From positions 1,088,001 through 1,152,000 of the forward strand of contig OZ242010.1 in the NCBI GenBank assembly GCA_965204745.1: DNA of 64,000 nt, read 5' to 3'. Positions 60,287 to 64,000 of the stretch are shown piece after piece. Under the pieces are notes generated by a model that saw only the letters and a list, made by a program, of their open reading frames with translations, was not told the origin of the DNA and made no database searches. The number at the start of each line of letters is the position of its first letter. Positions within the stretch are counted from its first letter, which is position 1. This DNA comes from Candidatus Latescibacterota bacterium (GTDB lineage Bacteria > Latescibacterota > UBA2968). Made by a program: the position numbers and the translations under genes.

Positions 60287-60790
60287 ATGAGGTTTGGTAA
60301 AATAATTAAACATGCTCGCAATGGACGATTTAGCCAGAGGGCTTTGGGTAAAAGTATTGGCGTATGGGATACTTACATTGGGCAAATAGAAAAAGGTGAA
60401 CGCATACCTTCTGATGACCGGTGCCAACTCCTTGCAAAAGCACTTGACCTTGACCCCCAAAGGCTTCTCTTTTCGGCTTACAAAGAACGCGCTCAGAAAA
60501 CCCCCGAAGGCCGTAAACTTTTTACACAGATGGAAAAACTGATGACGGATCCTGTTATCAGCCAAGTGATTGCCAATCCCCGAATGCTCAACGCAGGCAT
60601 TGTCAAGGCACTCCAGAGTCCTGATATTCGCAAGGTGCTTAAGAACAAGCAATGGTGTGAAGCCCTAAAAGCGAGTGCTTCAACTACGGATCGAGATATT
60701 CCAGAACTCATTAAGATCATTACCCATATCCCTCCCCAGCAATGGCAAGCATTGCTCGGCACGGCAAAAGCTTTTGCTGGAATAACCTGA
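60287..60790 (+). CDS. XRE-family HTH transcriptional regulator
   Basis: SQRALGKSIGVWDTYIGQIEKGERIPS; GGAGG RBS. Confidence 0.85.
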   Translation: MRFGKIIKHARNGRFSQRALGKSIGVWDTYIGQIEKGERIPSDDRCQLLAKALDLDPQRLLFSAYKERAQKTPEGRKLFTQMEKLMTDPVISQVIANPRMLNAGIVKALQSPDIRKVLKNKQWCEALKASASTTDRDIPELIKIITHIPPQQWQALLGTAKAFAGIT

Positions 60791-60816
60791 TCTATTCTTA
60801 ATTCGCCTTAAATTAG

Positions 60817-60862
60817 AAAATCCCCTTTCTCTTAGTGAGAAAGGGGATTTCTTATTTTTTTC
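60817..60862. terminator. Bidirectional terminator
   Basis: AAATCCCCTTTTCTC-TTAGT-GAGAAAGGGGATTT between convergent genes. Confidence 0.75.
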
Positions 60863-60973
60863 TTTGTGTGACCTTTAACAAGAACGAATCAATCTCAAAC
60901 TACATAAAAACAATATGTTAAACAAATCAAGTTCCCGATTACGATGTGACGAATTCCGTCTGATAGTCCACAA

Positions 60974-60989
60974 TGTTTCATGTGAAACA
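60974..60989. promoter_or_regulatory. parS site
   Basis: TGTTTCATGTGAAACA, one mismatch to the parS consensus; overlaps the rsmG stop. Confidence 0.8.
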
Positions 60990-61622
60990 TCTTTGAAGAA
61001 AGACAAATGATCGTATTCGTCGGGTAAATGGCATCGTCAAAGTGGTTTCTGTGGCGCAAAGGTAATCGGGAACTCCATGCACAAATTCGTTTAGGGCGTT
61101 TGGGCCTTTCATTGAAATAAGCACACCGTTAGACGCAAGAAGGGGTTCAATCCAATCCCAAACCTGGGGAAGCCGCGCAACAGCACGGGCTGTACCAATC
61201 TGAAATTTCCCTGATAAGGAAGAATTGCCAGCAAGCGTTTCAGCACGGGCCCTAATAGCGAAAGTGTTTGCAAGACCGAGCACTGTAATAGTTTCAGAAA
61301 GAAAGAGACTTTTCATACGGGCAGGTTCAAGGAGATAAACTTCAAGGTCGGGCCTCATAATTTTGATAATAATACCCGGCAGGCCAGCACCTGAACCCAA
61401 ATCAAGGAGAGGGCCATCTTTAGGAAGATACGGCACAAACGAAAGGCAATCGAGAACGTGACGCTCCCAAATGAAATCGCGGTCATTGCGAGAGATCAAT
61501 CGAACACGCGCCGACCAATCGGTAAGCAAATTGACGTATTGCTTGAGCAAAGAGACCTGTTCATCCAAAAAAGAAAGCCTAAAGGATTTCTCCGCAATAC
61601 TGATGACTTCATTGGGTAACAT
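60978..61622 (-). CDS. rsmG: 16S rRNA (guanine(527)-N7)-methyltransferase
   Basis: RHVLDCL, LDLGSGAGLPGI, RAE, ARAVA, MKG. Confidence 0.93.
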   Translation of the reverse strand: MLPNEVISIAEKSFRLSFLDEQVSLLKQYVNLLTDWSARVRLISRNDRDFIWERHVLDCLSFVPYLPKDGPLLDLGSGAGLPGIIIKIMRPDLEVYLLEPARMKSLFLSETITVLGLANTFAIRARAETLAGNSSLSGKFQIGTARAVARLPQVWDWIEPLLASNGVLISMKGPNALNEFVHGVPDYLCATETTLTMPFTRRIRSFVFLQRCFT

Positions 61623-61708
61623 AAGGGAGACCTGCAGATTTGTAAGACTTGATGTTCAACGGCGGGATCACTAGCAAACGAAAAAGCGAAAATATGATGC
61701 ACCTCAAC

Positions 61709-61724
61709 TGTTTCACGTGAAACA
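61709..61724. promoter_or_regulatory. parS site
   Basis: Perfect TGTTTCACGTGAAACA palindrome abutting the mnmE stop. Confidence 0.9.
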
Positions 61725-63071
61725 CTATTTGCCAATACAGAAAGTTTTGAAAATTTGATCAAGAATATCATCTGAGGTGGTCTGTCCAATAATGGAGGCA
61801 AGCGCGTCAAGTGCGAGTCGAAGATCCATGGCAATAATTTCACCCGGATTACCCAATTCAAGACTTTGGAGAGCTTGGAACAATCCCGATGCGGCCTGTT
61901 GAAGTGCGAGAAGGTGCCGTTCTTTAGTAATCATTTCGGTAGGCAGGCCACTCTTTCCAAGGAGAGTTTCACGGAGGTAGTCACGCAGGGAGGAAATGCC
62001 ATCGCCTGTTTTGGCCGAAAGCGCGATCTGGGGCTGACAGGATTGAACAGATTGCCATTCCTTACAAAGCCCCAAGTCGCTCTTATTGAGAATTAGAAAA
62101 GCGCGATCAACGAGACGAATATTATCCAACTCTTGGGAAGAGGGTGGAAGGGATCCATCTACAACATAGAGAACAATGGCGGCGCGGTCTATGAATTGTT
62201 GAGACCGACGATTCCCTTCTCTTTCCACAGGGTCATCGGTTTCTCGGATGCCAGCGGTATCAACCAATGTAACCGCAATCCCATTGAGATCGATCTGCTC
62301 TTCTATCGTATCTCTGGTTGTACCTGGTATATCTGTAACAATCGCACGATCTTCTTCAAGAAGCCGGTTAAGCAGGCTGGATTTTCCCACATTGGGTTGT
62401 CCGGCTATGGTGACAACAGCACCTTCATGAATAATTTTCCCGCGTTCATAAGAAAAAATGAGGGATTCAACGTCCTCTAAAGCCTGAGATATGGATGATT
62501 TCACCATCCCGAAGTCAATTTCTACATCCTCAGAAAAGTCCAAACCTGCCTCAAGAAGCACGACAGCCTGCCGAATAGATTTAGCTATCTTTTTGAAACG
62601 GCGATGAAGTCCACCTCGAAGTTGAAAAAAAGCAGATTGGAGACTCAGGTCAGTTTTGGCAGTGATCATATCGGCAACTGCTTCGGCCTGTGAGAGGTCT
62701 ATTTTACCGTTGAGAAAAGCCCGCTTGGTAAACTCACCGGGAGCGGCTGGTCGAGCACCTTCTTGAAAAATCGCTTCCAAGATCCGTCTGAGTAGGAACG
62801 GCCCTCCATGACAGTTAAACTCCACCGTATCTTCGCCGGTAAAGGAATTGGGCGCACGCATGACAGAGACCAGAACTTTGTCAAAATCCCGGCCGTGAAT
62901 GCAGAGATGACCAAAAAAAAGTTGTCGTGGGGAAAGGTGACGGAGAGGAATTTTACCTCTGAAGAAATGCTCGCCAATTGAGATCGCCTGTGGTCCGCTG
63001 AGCCTGATGATGCCAATTGCACCTTCACCGGGGGCAGTGGCGATTGCGGCTATGGTGTCTTGGTCGGACAT
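61725..63071 (-). CDS. mnmE: tRNA modification GTPase MnmE
   Basis: DTIAAIATA, SFTGEDTVE, GQPNVGKSSL, GTTRD, DTAG, NKSD, FCIGK. Confidence 0.96.
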   Translation of the reverse strand: MSDQDTIAAIATAPGEGAIGIIRLSGPQAISIGEHFFRGKIPLRHLSPRQLFFGHLCIHGRDFDKVLVSVMRAPNSFTGEDTVEFNCHGGPFLLRRILEAIFQEGARPAAPGEFTKRAFLNGKIDLSQAEAVADMITAKTDLSLQSAFFQLRGGLHRRFKKIAKSIRQAVVLLEAGLDFSEDVEIDFGMVKSSISQALEDVESLIFSYERGKIIHEGAVVTIAGQPNVGKSSLLNRLLEEDRAIVTDIPGTTRDTIEEQIDLNGIAVTLVDTAGIRETDDPVEREGNRRSQQFIDRAAIVLYVVDGSLPPSSQELDNIRLVDRAFLILNKSDLGLCKEWQSVQSCQPQIALSAKTGDGISSLRDYLRETLLGKSGLPTEMITKERHLLALQQAASGLFQALQSLELGNPGEIIAMDLRLALDALASIIGQTTSDDILDQIFKTFCIGK

Positions 63072-63084
63072 ACGAGCAAACTCG

Positions 63085-64000
63085 TCAGGAGGTGCCCAGT
63101 ATGGATTTGGTTTTTTCCATAATAATCTGCTGGGCGAGAGTCAGGACATTGTAGAGTGTGTAATAAAAGACGAGGCCAGAGGACATATCCCAAAAAATAT
63201 AGGTGAGAAAAACGGGCATGATGTACACGAGAACAGCCTGTTTGGGATCCTTCATCATCATCTTTTGCTGAATAAACATCGACACGCCCATCAAAAGAGG
63301 CAAGATGTGCAGACCAAAATCACCAATGAAAATGGTGTCGGGTTTGGAAAGATCGTCAATCCAAAAAGCGAATCCAGCCTGTCGAAGTTCAATGGTACCT
63401 CGAAACAGAGAAAAGAGGGAAAAGAGAATGGGCATCTGCAAGAGCATGGGTAAACATCCACCGATGGGGTTGATCTTTTCCTCTCGGTAGAGTTTCATCA
63501 TCGCCTCGTTCATTTTTTGCTGATCTTTGGAATAACGCTCGCGGATTTCGGCAATTTTAGGCTGGAGAGTCTGCATCTTTGCTGTGGATTCCAGACTCTT
63601 GTGTGTGAGTGGAAAAACAACGACCTTGACGAGAATGGAAAACAGGATGATGACGACGCCATAATTTGGAACCAGAGCATGCATGGCGAGAAAGGCTTTG
63701 AGAATTAAAATTGTCACCGGCTTGAGAATAGAGCGAACAAAATAAGGGCCGTAATCGACAAATTCGTCGAGATTCAACTCGCGTTCAAATCCATTGAGAT
63801 CGCGGTTTTGAGCACGCAAAATGTCATAAGAAATTGGTCCGATGTAAGCGGTGTAATTGATGGCGTTGAGACCAGAATCAGCACGCATCTCAAAAGCAAA
63901 ATCACGGTAGGAAAAGCCAAGTGCATCGATCTTGGTATCGCCGTAAAGGGCAAGGTCGTAGCGACCATCGTCGGGAATGAGCGCGGCGAGAAAGTATTTA
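63085..64000 (-). CDS. yidC: Membrane protein insertase YidC (5' part outside the window)
   Basis: NYGVVIIL, INPIGGCLPMLLQMP, WIDDLSKPD, SGLVFYY. Confidence 0.95.
   Translation of the reverse strand, partial: KYFLAALIPDDGRYDLALYGDTKIDALGFSYRDFAFEMRADSGLNAINYTAYIGPISYDILRAQNRDLNGFERELNLDEFVDYGPYFVRSILKPVTILILKAFLAMHALVPNYGVVIILFSILVKVVVFPLTHKSLESTAKMQTLQPKIAEIRERYSKDQQKMNEAMMKLYREEKINPIGGCLPMLLQMPILFSLFSLFRGTIELRQAGFAFWIDDLSKPDTIFIGDFGLHILPLLMGVSMFIQQKMMMKDPKQAVLVYIMPVFLTYIFWDMSSGLVFYYTLYNVLTLAQQIIMEKTKSILGTS

Overview
Bacterial chromosomal window, mostly housekeeping and catabolic genes: rpoD-type sigma, kdgK/eda/ROK kinase, trmB, guaB, TPR-exbB-exbD-exbD-tonB-TPR, uppP, dapA/dapB, engB, serA, purA, birA, sulfatase, tmk, rsmG, mnmE and yidC. 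The right end looks origin-proximal, with two parS palindromes and a DnaA-box cluster at about 57.6 kb. EF-hand/dockerin-like remnants, PhyH, Gfo/Idh/MocA and sulfatase genes suggest a Latescibacterota/Gemmatimonadota-like organism (inference only). Intergenic DNA is full of short repeat families: heptamer arrays, REP-like hairpins and a MITE. The top signal is two IS110 elements inserted back to back, 14 bp apart, in a heptamer repeat. Each carries a highly conserved ~250-nt non-coding end that reads as a bridge RNA, with guide segments matching its own donor junction and the host heptamer repeat. Other candidates: a tandem array of three unannotated 40-aa membrane peptides, a structured ~400-nt insert between the two exbD genes, a toxin-antitoxin cassette island holding a solitary PLD-nuclease/SNF2-helicase fusion, and a Tmk with an extra C-terminal domain. 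No rRNA, tRNA or CRISPR array was recognised. All family assignments come from motif recognition by eye, not database searches.
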